The notes under the pieces: generated by a model | What the model saw: the letters and a program-made list of their open reading frames with translations, nothing else | The model's database searches: none | What the model was told of the DNA's origin: nothing | Translations under genes and position numbers: made by a program | Assembly (NCBI GenBank): GCA_965219385.1 | Contig: CBDCNM010000002.1 | Coordinates: 3,172,305-3,236,304, forward strand | Reading direction: 5' to 3' | DNA length: 64,000 bases | Source: Candidatus Latescibacterota bacterium | GTDB taxonomy: Bacteria; Latescibacterota; UBA2968; UBA8231 | In this document: in pieces, positions 30,767-40,730 of the stretch | How the letters are laid out: each line of letters starts with the position of its first letter | Position numbering within the stretch: the stretch's first letter is position 1

Positions 30767-30977
30767 GGGTGCGCTGGTACAGGCGCCTCCGTCCCTCTTC
30801 GTCCAGCAGTCAAAGGGTTTGCCGATTGATTTATAAGGTCGTAATTTGATACTACGAGTCTCAGCAGCAAACACCGCAAAAAGGTGTAGTGGATCGCGGA
30901 TAAGCCGGCTTAGAAGGCTTATTTGTTCCAATGCCGCACCCGACTCACGGCAAAACCCTTCATCGAGGAGACAGCTC

Positions 30978-31811
30978 ATGGATTTTGTGCCCCTCACCGA
31001 TACCCAGCGCCGCGACTTCGACGAGAACGGCTTCCTGATAGTCCGCAACGTTCTGGACGCAGCCCTCATCGAGCAACTCATCGAGGATGCTGACCCCCTT
31101 ATGTACGCCTACTGCCTCGATGCCGAGGGCAAGCGCACCCACGGCTCCGTGGTACACCTGCGCAAGGGGGTCGTCCAGGCACCGGCCTTTGCCCATCTGC
31201 TCAGCCATCCGGCCACAGTGCCGCTGGTGGTCCAGCTCCTCGGCCCCAACATCCACCTCCACACCGCCACCATCACCTACAAGGACCCCCAACCCGAAGC
31301 CGAGGAGTCGCGGGGCTGGCACCGGGATATCGGCATCTCCGACGATCTGGGCCACCAGGGCCTGCGTCGGGTCGGCATCAAGGTGTGCTACTGCCTGACG
31401 GATTTCCTCGAATCCAGCTCCGGCATCACCCTGATGGCTCCGGGCAGCCACCTCCTGCAGACGCCGTTGCCCATCAAAAAAGGCGAACTCGATCCCGCGG
31501 AAGTGGCCGAGTCCGGCCTGCGGGCCGGGGATGCCCTGTTTTTCGAAAACCGCATTTTTCACAGCTCGGCTCCCAACCGCAGCAACCGCACCTCCAAGGT
31601 GGTGTTCTACGGGTACAGCTACCGCTGGATGAAGGTCGAAGCCAATCTCTTCCCACCCGATCCGCGCCTGCTCGAAGAGGCCGAGGACGACATCGACAAA
31701 CAGCTCCTGGGGGGGTACATCAATGTCGATGCTCCGCCCGAGGCCCTGAGGAACTGGGCCGAGCAACACGGCGTCCCCTCCGGACCGCCTGCCTGGGTAA
31801 TGGAAGCGTAA
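30978..31811 (+). CDS. phytanoyl-CoA dioxygenase (PhyH) family protein
   Basis: FDENGFLIVRNVL, GWHRD, PGSH, AGDALFF...FH. Confidence 0.88.
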   Translation: MDFVPLTDTQRRDFDENGFLIVRNVLDAALIEQLIEDADPLMYAYCLDAEGKRTHGSVVHLRKGVVQAPAFAHLLSHPATVPLVVQLLGPNIHLHTATITYKDPQPEAEESRGWHRDIGISDDLGHQGLRRVGIKVCYCLTDFLESSSGITLMAPGSHLLQTPLPIKKGELDPAEVAESGLRAGDALFFENRIFHSSAPNRSNRTSKVVFYGYSYRWMKVEANLFPPDPRLLEEAEDDIDKQLLGGYINVDAPPEALRNWAEQHGVPSGPPAWVMEA

Positions 31812-31894
31812 GGGAGGATCATCATGAACCCGACAACCGCTCGTTTCCCAACACCTTCCATCCTCCGTCCCGCAACGTGCTCTTTCCCTGACGG

Positions 31895-32674
31895 TCAAAA
31901 GGGGCTCGATCTTAAGTCTTGGTTGGCAACGCCCCTGCCCCGCACCAGAAAAAGCTCGCGATTGAACGTTTCGCCGGTGCGGTAGTCCTCGTATTCCTTG
32001 GGACCAGCCGTACCGTCGGCGGCCATGTAGCGCAACACGAGAACCCGCCGCCACCGGTCCGTCGAATTCGGCGTGGAGCTATGGGGAATCAGGGTGTGAT
32101 GGACGGCAAGCTGTCCGGCCTTCAACCGGTACTCCACCCGCTCATTCTCAATGTCATCGGGAAGATGGGCCGGATTGATCTCCTCGGTGAACAACTCGTC
32201 CGGACTTGATCGCCGCGGCAATTCCCGCTTGTGCAAGCCGGGTAGGATGGACATGGTACCGTTCTCGTCGGCGACGTTGTCGAAGGGAATCCACAGTCCA
32301 CCGGGCAGCTTTCCCTGCACATTCCAGTAGGGCACGTCCTGGTGCCATGGAATCGGCTTGCCCGTGCGCGGTGGCTTGATCAGAAAGTGGCTCGACCACA
32401 GAACGATGTCCGGGCCGATCTGGCGTTCCACTAGGTCGAGGATCTGTGGCTCGCAGGCCAATTCGAACAGCCACCGTTCCTGGTGGTGGCACGAAATCAT
32501 GTGTTCGGGGGAACGGCCCGGCTGCAATTGATCGAGCATGCGGTCAATCTCCCGCCGGCCGAACGCCAATCCTTCCTCGGTCAGGAATCTCTCGAAGAAG
32601 CAGTAGCCTTCCCTCAGGTAATGGGCATGGTCGGCCTCACTGTAGCAGAACGAAGGATCGATCATTGTCGTCAT
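31895..32674 (-). CDS. PhyH family dioxygenase
   Basis: PWHQD, ENGTMSILPG, HHTLIPHSSTPN; GGAGG RBS. Confidence 0.88.
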   Translation of the reverse strand: MTTMIDPSFCYSEADHAHYLREGYCFFERFLTEEGLAFGRREIDRMLDQLQPGRSPEHMISCHHQERWLFELACEPQILDLVERQIGPDIVLWSSHFLIKPPRTGKPIPWHQDVPYWNVQGKLPGGLWIPFDNVADENGTMSILPGLHKRELPRRSSPDELFTEEINPAHLPDDIENERVEYRLKAGQLAVHHTLIPHSSTPNSTDRWRRVLVLRYMAADGTAGPKEYEDYRTGETFNRELFLVRGRGVANQDLRSSPF

Positions 32675-32786
32675 TTGTGCCTCCTCTACAGGCCGAGCGA
32701 GCCGGACTCTCAGTTCCAGATGCTCGTATCGCCGCCGGCGTGAATTCGGTCGAGACATCGGCATCAATGCCTTTCTCGTTGCGAGG

Positions 32787-34547
32787 TCAGTCTTTCCGTT
32801 TCAGCTCCGCTATGCACCGCAGCGTGTCCCGGCCGTAGTGTGCCACGAACGCATCCTGATCCGACGACGCCCCGGAGCAGGCCTCGATTACCGCCTGCTG
32901 CACGCCATTGCCGCTGCGCACCGCATCTGTGCATAGTATTCTCAACCCGAGTGCCGCGTTTTGACGCGACATGAACCCGCTGCCCAACGCGGAGTCGGGC
33001 GGGTAATCGGGGTTGCCACCACCAGGTTCAGTCTTGGCGAGGCACGCGACGCATTGCTCGATCACCGCGTGGACGACGTCGGTGTTCCCAGCGGACGATG
33101 CCCGCTGGCCCATCAGGCCTAGTGCTTGCAGGCAGGTGGCGTGAAGGAGTTTCGGCGGCCACGCCTGTCGCTCTTTCGGGTTCGGCGATTTGTTGGGAAA
33201 TCCGCTGGAAGGCGGGTGGCCGCCCCCTCCCGCGGGCCACCCGCCGGCCGTCCGGGACTCGGTGCCAATCAGGTGCGCCACCCGATTCATCAGCGACGCG
33301 ATTGCGTTCACCATGGCCCCCGTAGGCATCTCTACGGCCTCGCCCAACGCGTGGACCGCACAGCAGGCCACATGGTGATCAACGACCGGCTGGGACAGCA
33401 CTGCCAGGAGTGGGTCGACCGCCGTTGAACCCGCGACCGCCAGTCCGTGCATGGCGGCGCGTTGCGCTCTGTCGTGGCCCCACTGCAGCGCATCGGTGAG
33501 CGCGAGAACGGCCTCGGTATTGCCGGCGTGGCCAGCCTGACCCAGCTGATAAGCCGCGCCCATTCGTTCAACCTCATCCTCGCTTCCAAGCAACACTTCC
33601 GTCGTGCTCGTCGTGGATTGCTCCGCGACAATGCGCTCGTCCGCGCGCGCCGGATCAGCAGTGGTGGAGCCGAGCATCGAGGTCCAGATCGATTGCCACA
33701 GCACATGACGACTTGGTCTCCCTTGGCCGTTCCTCCATTCGGGATCACCGCCCATGATGTGAGCCCACGAAGGTGCGGTTCGGTGGCGTCCGGACGTGAA
33801 GAGAAACTTGAACATGACCCTTGGGGGGGCCGTGCGGCCATGCGTGCTGAGACGCCGTAGCCGTCGGTGATAAAGATCGTAGTGGAAGCAGCAGAAGCTT
33901 CCCGCCTTGACCACGACCGGGCTCTCCGTCAGCGCCGGGTCGAGTGACTCGATCGCGGCCCGCAGTAAACGGTCGCGCGCGACCAGGTCATCTCTTTGCA
34001 TAATGCGCTCGGGATCGTCGAGTTCGTCGTGACGAATGGGCTGTGGCGGCGGTCGCGCGCTGCCGTCGCCGTCCCCCGCAAGCGAATAGTACTGCGACCC
34101 CGGTGCGATCGCGGTCGGCCCCATGTCGAGACTAACGGTAGCAGGGTAGTACATGCAGATGAGCCAGCGCGGACGGTGATGGCGCACCCGCTGTACGCCC
34201 CAGTAGCTGTCGCGGTGCCAGCCCTGTTCAAGGTTGGGTGGCGACTCCTGCGAGACGTACTCGACGTCCTGTACGTATGCAGCGGTATGGGGGTGCCGAA
34301 TGCAACCGTGACCCAGAATTCCCTGCAGCGCTCCCCGCACAGTCGGGCTTTCCAACACGGCCCTCAGCTCTGGCATTTGGGCGTTGATGTCGTCGGAAAA
34401 TGCCCCGCTGGGCCGGCGCTCGTTGGCCATGTGGTAAACCTTGGCGTGGAAGTCATCGCCGAGCTCGTCCAGTGCCAGGGTCAGCTGGCCGTCCATGATG
34501 AAGTGCTGCACTTGGAGGTCGCTCAACAGCTCAACTTTTTCAGACAT
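32787..34547 (-). CDS. PhyH-domain protein fused to HEAT-like repeats
   Basis: GWHRDSYWG, GPTAIAPGSQY, HYDLYHR, then helical repeats (RMGAAYQLG, RAAMHGLA). Confidence 0.75.
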   Translation of the reverse strand: MSEKVELLSDLQVQHFIMDGQLTLALDELGDDFHAKVYHMANERRPSGAFSDDINAQMPELRAVLESPTVRGALQGILGHGCIRHPHTAAYVQDVEYVSQESPPNLEQGWHRDSYWGVQRVRHHRPRWLICMYYPATVSLDMGPTAIAPGSQYYSLAGDGDGSARPPPQPIRHDELDDPERIMQRDDLVARDRLLRAAIESLDPALTESPVVVKAGSFCCFHYDLYHRRLRRLSTHGRTAPPRVMFKFLFTSGRHRTAPSWAHIMGGDPEWRNGQGRPSRHVLWQSIWTSMLGSTTADPARADERIVAEQSTTSTTEVLLGSEDEVERMGAAYQLGQAGHAGNTEAVLALTDALQWGHDRAQRAAMHGLAVAGSTAVDPLLAVLSQPVVDHHVACCAVHALGEAVEMPTGAMVNAIASLMNRVAHLIGTESRTAGGWPAGGGGHPPSSGFPNKSPNPKERQAWPPKLLHATCLQALGLMGQRASSAGNTDVVHAVIEQCVACLAKTEPGGGNPDYPPDSALGSGFMSRQNAALGLRILCTDAVRSGNGVQQAVIEACSGASSDQDAFVAHYGRDTLRCIAELKRKD

Positions 34548-34657
34548 GATCCTGGGACCTCATCGATCAAGAGGATCGCGATCGATAATCGATATATGAT
34601 ATATTAAAAGTTCAGTTGGTCAGCCTCGAAATCCGCCCCTACGGCCGCACCTGGTCG

Positions 34658-35848
34658 CTATGGAGACGGGGAAGGGCGCACAAAGCAATACAGATAATCG
34701 AAGGCTCGGAGGTACATCCGATCCCCTTCGAACACCGGAGAAGAACGCAAGCCCTCCACCTCGTTGCGCGCGATCTGGCGATAGGTGCGGCCGGTTTGCA
34801 GCACTGCGGTCGTACCGTTTTCGGCGCTGACGAAGAGCTTGTCAGCGGCCAGCGAGATGGAGGAATAGGCGCTGTTGGCGCCCTCTCCCAAGTCGAGGTC
34901 CTTCTCGTAGACGAGTTCGCCGGTTGCAGCATCGAGAACGGTGAACTTCTCCTCGCGCGAGATGGTGTAGACCAGGCCGTCGTGGATCACCGGCGAAGCG
35001 TAGTGCCGCGATCCCTGGATCCGCGCCACCCACAGTTCGGAGATGGTGAACGGCTCGCTGAAGCTTGCGGGTAGTTGCGCGGCAACGGCCTTTTTCTCGA
35101 TGAAGTAAACCACGCCATTGTGCACCACCGGTGAGGCGTACTCCAGGTTGCCGATGCTCGCGGCCAGCTGCTTTCCATCCCGCGCCCGAAACACATCACC
35201 CGACGGGGTGATGACAATGTCGGTGCCGTCGATACGGGCGACCACCGGAGAGCCGAATTTTACCGCGGATTCCTCCCTCCAGACCTCTTTGCCCGTGGCC
35301 GGGTCAAGGCCGATGAGGTCGACGATGTGTACGATCAGGCGGCCGCTCCCCAGGGCAGGTGAAGCACTGTGCCCCCATTCTTGCTCGGGTTGCTCGATGA
35401 AGCGGGCCCAGATGCGCTCGCCGTCGACGGTATGGGCGGCTGCGACCCCCGATCCGAATACGGTAAAAACGCGACGGCCCTCGGTGATGGGGGTGGGTGT
35501 GGTGTAGCCGTTGGCTTCGTGCGTCTTGACACCAGTGCTCTGCGGGACATCGCCCACCGAGTTTTTCCACGCGATCCTGCCGGTGCTGCGCTCGACGCCC
35601 AGGATCTGGTCCGGCTCGCTGCAGACGAACACCAGGGCAGGATCCGGGAGCAGTACCGGCGAAGCATTGGACCAGGACGGCATCGCCGTCTTCCAGTCCA
35701 CGTTGCGGCCGGGCGACCAGTGAAGCGGTGGATCCGCGTCGAGGTAGCGGCCGTTCCCGTCCGTGCGCCAGCCGCTGGGGCCGGCAGCGTGAGTAGGGCC
35801 GGAAGCAACAGCTGCTAGAAGTAGAATCCAGATTGTACGCTGACTCAT
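34658..35848 (-). CDS. PQQ-binding-like beta-propeller protein, secreted
   Basis: Signal peptide; repeated SPV motifs and D.ATG...W repeats. Confidence 0.85.
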   Translation of the reverse strand: MSQRTIWILLLAAVASGPTHAAGPSGWRTDGNGRYLDADPPLHWSPGRNVDWKTAMPSWSNASPVLLPDPALVFVCSEPDQILGVERSTGRIAWKNSVGDVPQSTGVKTHEANGYTTPTPITEGRRVFTVFGSGVAAAHTVDGERIWARFIEQPEQEWGHSASPALGSGRLIVHIVDLIGLDPATGKEVWREESAVKFGSPVVARIDGTDIVITPSGDVFRARDGKQLAASIGNLEYASPVVHNGVVYFIEKKAVAAQLPASFSEPFTISELWVARIQGSRHYASPVIHDGLVYTISREEKFTVLDAATGELVYEKDLDLGEGANSAYSSISLAADKLFVSAENGTTAVLQTGRTYRQIARNEVEGLRSSPVFEGDRMYLRAFDYLYCFVRPSPSP

Positions 35849-35882
35849 TGGTAGACTCCTCTATTCTTGGTGATCTACCGGC

Positions 35883-36165
35883 TCAGGTTTCGGCCAGCCC
35901 CTGTTCGAGTTCGCTCAGGCCGCGCCAGAAAAACTCGGTATCCGAGCCGGCGCTCAGAAACTGGAATCCCTGCGCGGCCCGCTGGCGCGCCGCCTGGAGG
36001 CTGGCGCAAGGGCATGCTGATCGGAACCCCGTGGCGCTGGCCGGCCTTTAGGATGGTCTGGATGGCCTCCTCGTGGCGCTGGCTTTCCCGGCCAAAGGTC
36101 CCCAGGTCGAGGGCCAGGTCGCCGACGCCGATGAATCCACAATCCACTCCTGGTACGGAAATTTT
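35883..36165 (-). pseudogene. HpcH/HpaI aldolase C-terminal relic, frameshifted
   Basis: ISVPGVDCGFIGVGDLALDLG, then in a shifted frame AAQGFQFLSAGSDT. Confidence 0.7.
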
Positions 36166-36420
36166 CGCGCATGCAAACCTCGCCTGGTAAACAGGGTACA
36201 GGATGGTTATTTCCTTTTGCAGGTTGAGACGGCTTCTAAGATACTTGCCCGAGACAACGAAGTCAATTGCCATGCATTGACCGCGCCCTGCACCGGAGGA
36301 GAGGGGGCTATCTTTGTTTCCTAGGTCAGAAGCTATAGTATTTTGAATGCGAGAATGGACCTGGAATCCTGTAATGTGAGGGAGCGGAGAGCGGGTCAAT
36401 CCGCGAAAAGGAGGAAACCC

Positions 36421-37209
36421 ATGAAGAAACGGACTGGTTTTATCCGCACCAATGACAAGGTGCGCCTCTACTACGAGGAGGCCGGGAGCGGCAAGGACAT
36501 CGTGCTGATTCCCGGGGCCGGCGCCAGCATTGCCTGGTGGCAACGCAATTTTTCGGCCCTGGCCACACACTACCACGTGGTGGCCGTGGACATGCGCGCC
36601 ACCGGACGTTCGGATAAATGCGACTGGGGCCATAACTACGCTCGCTATGCCATGGATGTGTACGAACTCATCCACGCCCTCGGGATGCACGCTGTGACCC
36701 TGGTCGGCTGGTCCTGTGGCGCCCGCACCTCCTATTCCTACCTGATGCTCTTCGGCAACCACCGCCTCCGCGGCGTGGTCGTGGTCGACGATACCGTACA
36801 CCACACCGTGCACGATCCGACCCCCGAGGAGTTCAAGCAGCGACAGGGTGAAAGCGAAGAGGACCACACCCGCCGCACCGTGCGGCTGATGGTCGCGCCG
36901 GAAAACCCCGACGCCGTTTCCGAAGAAGAAGTGGACTGGATGACGGCGGCTTTAAGCCCCACCCACGAGGCCCTCGGCGCCGACGGCCGGGCCCAGGACT
37001 GGCGTCCTCTGTGCCCCGTCATCGACCTGCCGGTGCTGATCGCCAGCGGGGCCCACAGCGGGGCCCTGCCGGGCTGCCGCTATGCCGCCGAACACATTCC
37101 CGGCGCCCGGCTCGAAATCTTCGAGCACAGTGGCCACGGGCTGTTCTACACCGAGGCGGAAAAGTTCAACCAGGTGGTGGCCGCCTTCGTCGACGACCCA
37201 GCGCAGTAG
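36421..37209 (+). CDS. alpha/beta hydrolase (non-heme haloperoxidase-like)
   Basis: GWSCG nucleophile elbow, FEHSGHGLF; AGGAGG RBS. Confidence 0.88.
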   Translation: MKKRTGFIRTNDKVRLYYEEAGSGKDIVLIPGAGASIAWWQRNFSALATHYHVVAVDMRATGRSDKCDWGHNYARYAMDVYELIHALGMHAVTLVGWSCGARTSYSYLMLFGNHRLRGVVVVDDTVHHTVHDPTPEEFKQRQGESEEDHTRRTVRLMVAPENPDAVSEEEVDWMTAALSPTHEALGADGRAQDWRPLCPVIDLPVLIASGAHSGALPGCRYAAEHIPGARLEIFEHSGHGLFYTEAEKFNQVVAAFVDDPAQ

Positions 37210-37222
37210 CGAGATATGGACT

Positions 37223-39331
37223 CTAATTCCCCGCGGCCAGATCCAGCCGGACGTGCTGAATGTGGTCGTACCCCGCCGGCGCCTCAGTGGGCCCACAGCG
37301 CGCCTCCACCTCGATGCTCGCCCCCCCGCAGCTGAAGCGATACGCGCCCGGCTCGGCCAGGGCGAACCAGCTGGTCCCCTGCCCGTCGGCCTGTACCCCG
37401 AAGGAGGTTCCCCCCTGTCCGGCCAGGGCTTCTACAAAGACCTGGGCCCCGGTCACCGGCACGCCGTCCTGCTCCACGTGCACCATCACCTCCGGAATCC
37501 GCTCTGCGGCCAGCGGTCCCACGTCGCGGCCGGCCAGGCGCCGGAAAAGCTCGCGCGACCACTGGCGCGTGGCCGTGGGCTGCACGACCGGCAGGTTCGG
37601 GTCGCACCAGTTCAGCACCAGGTGCGCTTTGCCCCAGGCCGCCTGGGTGCCCGCGCCGAAGGGATCGATCCGGGCGTCGGCGCCGGATTGGGAGGGCCAG
37701 GAAATATCCGGTTTCAGGGAGGTAGCCAGGCTGCCCGGCACATTGGAGGTAAAACCGCGGTAGTCCATGTCGGCCAGGAAGAAGGTCTGCAACCCGTGGA
37801 TATTGCGCTCGGGTATACGGGCGAGAAAGTCCCCCCAGCCTTCCATGAGCGGCGGCTCCTCGTCCGCACCCCAGTCGGCGTGGTCGAAGATGCCGGCCTC
37901 GCCCACTCGCAAGGGCTTGAGCGGGTAGTGCGGATTTGAGCGGATCTGGTGGATGGAGGTCTCGATGTGTTCCAGGCCGCTGAAGAGCCGGTAGCAGTCG
38001 ATCAACTCCACCAGTTCGGCATCCGCCACCTCCGGGTCGAAGGTCACCTCGGCAATCCGGGTGGGGTCGAGTTCCTTCACCTTGCGCAGGAGGGGCACGC
38101 AAAAGGCCGGCTCCCTGGCATCGGTTACGTCCCAGAACAGGATGGAGGGGTGGTTGCGAGCGCGCCGCAGCCAGGCGTCGGCCACGGTTAGGTGGCTCTC
38201 CATCACCAGCCCAAATTCCCCTTCGTCCAGATCCTGGGGTGGCACCTGACCCGTGCCCACGCAGAAGTTGGCTCCCACCACAAAGATTCCCATCTCGTCG
38301 GCCACCTCGTAAAATACCGACGGTGGATCGTAGCGATGGTGCTCCACAATGCTGATATTGGCGGCCGCCAGGTCCGCAAACTTGCGGGTCAGCCACTGGC
38401 GCTCGTACACGTAGGGGACGGTGTGGTCGCCCCACGGCATCAGCTTTTCGCCGTTGAGCAGCAGGCGGTCCCCTTCGGCCCAGACCTCGCGGAAGCCAAA
38501 GCGGACCGCCTGCTCGTGGACCCGTTTCTCCTCGCTGTGGAGGGCAACCTGCAGGAAGTAGAGCACCGGCTCTCCGTACGGCGGGCGTCCCCAGAGCACG
38601 GGGTCGGGCCAGGAGGCCTCGAGCCGCACGGTCTGCGCCGCCCCCGGTTCTACTTCCGCCGCGCAGGAGGGCAATTCCAACTCGGTGCGGCCCTGGCGGA
38701 TGATTTGCCACGCCACCTGGCCGGCAAAGGGCTCTGCGCTCTGGTTGCGCACCGTCGCTTCCAGCGCAATGGTCTTCTGGCGCACCGAGGTGATTACGTA
38801 GGGATCGTCGATGAATACCCGTGGCTCCCGGCAGAGCCATACATCGCCCTCCATGCCTATGGTGGCCGCGCTGGTGCGCCAGAAGCGGGTGTCGAGCGCG
38901 CTTTGCGCGTCCTCGCTGAGGTCTTTGGCCTCCGGGTGGGCATAGGCGCCGGTGCAGCTGTGGGTGTAGACCATCAGCTCGTACGCCGCGCCGGGTTCCA
39001 CCCGGTCGGTCAGATCCAGCCGCCAGGGCAGGCGCAGGTGAAAGTGTTCGCCGACCTCCTGCCCGTCCAGGTGGACCCGGCCGTAGTGGCGCACCCTTTC
39101 CAGGTCGAGGACCAGCCTGTGGGTCTCCCCGGTCTCCCAGTCGAATGGCACCCGCAGGGTAGTGCGGTACCAGCCCGATTCGGGGGGGGCGTCTTCGAAT
39201 TCGCGCGAGCGGTGCGGCACGCGGACCCTGTGCCAGTCCTCCGCGGGCGCCGAGCCGTCCGGGCCTGGGGCAAACGCCCACTCGCCGTTGAGCAACAGCC
39301 GGTTGCTGCCGGTCGGATGCGATATATCCAT
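37223..39331 (-). CDS. glycoside hydrolase family 2-like protein
   Basis: LNGEWAF, WYRT, RFGFREV, LLLNGE, RNHPSILFW. Confidence 0.8.
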   Translation of the reverse strand: MDISHPTGSNRLLLNGEWAFAPGPDGSAPAEDWHRVRVPHRSREFEDAPPESGWYRTTLRVPFDWETGETHRLVLDLERVRHYGRVHLDGQEVGEHFHLRLPWRLDLTDRVEPGAAYELMVYTHSCTGAYAHPEAKDLSEDAQSALDTRFWRTSAATIGMEGDVWLCREPRVFIDDPYVITSVRQKTIALEATVRNQSAEPFAGQVAWQIIRQGRTELELPSCAAEVEPGAAQTVRLEASWPDPVLWGRPPYGEPVLYFLQVALHSEEKRVHEQAVRFGFREVWAEGDRLLLNGEKLMPWGDHTVPYVYERQWLTRKFADLAAANISIVEHHRYDPPSVFYEVADEMGIFVVGANFCVGTGQVPPQDLDEGEFGLVMESHLTVADAWLRRARNHPSILFWDVTDAREPAFCVPLLRKVKELDPTRIAEVTFDPEVADAELVELIDCYRLFSGLEHIETSIHQIRSNPHYPLKPLRVGEAGIFDHADWGADEEPPLMEGWGDFLARIPERNIHGLQTFFLADMDYRGFTSNVPGSLATSLKPDISWPSQSGADARIDPFGAGTQAAWGKAHLVLNWCDPNLPVVQPTATRQWSRELFRRLAGRDVGPLAAERIPEVMVHVEQDGVPVTGAQVFVEALAGQGGTSFGVQADGQGTSWFALAEPGAYRFSCGGASIEVEARCGPTEAPAGYDHIQHVRLDLAAGN

Positions 39332-39518
39332 GCTGATTGCCTTTCTGCTGTTATACCAGCCTCCTCGAAAGCTGGTTTTCATGCCCGACTCAAGTTGCGA
39401 CTAAGCGGGAAAGTTGAGCGGACCAGGTGTGCTCTCGGAGCAGCGGATGGAGAGGGCTGCAAACGAGTATGGCAGGGACAAGAGACAGGAACAAAAAATT
39501 ACACGGTTCACATCGGAG

Positions 39519-40688
39519 TCAAGCTCGGGTATAAACCCCCCGGCTGCTGGTCTTGAGTCTTCCCTGGGCAACCGCTCTGGCCACAGCACTTCTCACCTGT
39601 TTTTCGCTCAGGTCGATCCTGGCACAAATGTCGGCGATGCCCATCCCCTTGCGGCGTTTCGGGACGGCTGCAACCACCCTGTCGACAAAGGTGCCGGCCG
39701 TGGAGGTGGCCCTGATGGGAGCGGACTTTGCAGGTGCTCTGCGGCGGGCCGTGGGTGTTTTCGCCGACCTGGCAGGGTTTTTTTTAGACGCGGTGCCGGG
39801 CGCCGCGGATTTCGCGGACGATGCTCGCTGCGCTGTTTTGCGTTTTGTAGACTTTGCGGGAACGCGTTTCTTCCGGGCTCCAGATCTCTTCTCTGCTTTG
39901 ACTCCGGCGGTCCGTTTGCCCCGACGCTGCGGCGTATCCTGTTCGATATCGATTTCGTCGTCCAGCTTGATGCCGAAGACATCGGGGAGATCTGCATCGT
40001 CCATGACTCGGGAAGATTTGGTCCCCGCCTTTTGCAGCAGGGCCCGGCTGGTGCCCTGCACTGCCTGGGTGATCAGATCGTCTACCTTGATCCGCCTGAG
40101 CTTGAAGAACAGGCTCGGGTCCTGGTCGAGGCGCGCACCCACGCCGTAGAGGGTCGCGGCAACGTGTTTGCACATCGAGGCCCAGTCGGGACAACTGCAG
40201 TCAAAACCGATCTCCCTGGGAATCGGGAAAAGGCCCTCATCCGCAGCAAAGAACAAATCCTGCAGGGGTTGGGGGAATTTGCCCTCCAGCAGTTCGGCGA
40301 GCGAATCCAGCTGTCCCCCGGCGGCTTTTCTGACGCGCTGCCAGGCGCTCTTGCCCAGGGCTTTGATCGAAATCGCGACCTCGTAGGGTTTGGCCTGGGA
40401 GCCCTGCACCAAGGCGCTGATTTTGCCGGGCTTGATCTGGAGATCCAGCACCGCCCCGTGGCGCACGTAGCTGCGCCCTCTGCCGATGCGGTTGCTGTAG
40501 TCGGCGTAGCGCTCCAGGTTCTGGTTCCACGATTTTCCCCACCAGGTGCTGGCAATGGACTTGCCCTCGATGACGACCGGCTGAATATTGGTATTTTTCC
40601 TTTTGAGTTCCCTCAGTTTTTTTTGCGCCTTGGCGCGCTTCTGCGCCACCGGCACGTATTGGGGAAAACCATAATAGTAGCGAGCCAC
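39519..40688 (-). CDS. SWIM zinc-finger protein with a Lys/Ala-rich tail and C-terminal HTH
   Basis: RIGRGRSY, CSCPDWASMCKHVAA. Confidence 0.88.
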   Translation of the reverse strand: MARYYYGFPQYVPVAQKRAKAQKKLRELKRKNTNIQPVVIEGKSIASTWWGKSWNQNLERYADYSNRIGRGRSYVRHGAVLDLQIKPGKISALVQGSQAKPYEVAISIKALGKSAWQRVRKAAGGQLDSLAELLEGKFPQPLQDLFFAADEGLFPIPREIGFDCSCPDWASMCKHVAATLYGVGARLDQDPSLFFKLRRIKVDDLITQAVQGTSRALLQKAGTKSSRVMDDADLPDVFGIKLDDEIDIEQDTPQRRGKRTAGVKAEKRSGARKKRVPAKSTKRKTAQRASSAKSAAPGTASKKNPARSAKTPTARRRAPAKSAPIRATSTAGTFVDRVVAAVPKRRKGMGIADICARIDLSEKQVRSAVARAVAQGRLKTSSRGVYTRA

Positions 40689-40730
40689 TGTCTCCTCTCT
40701 TTTGGTTGCTGTGGTTCTCGGATTCCCTCT

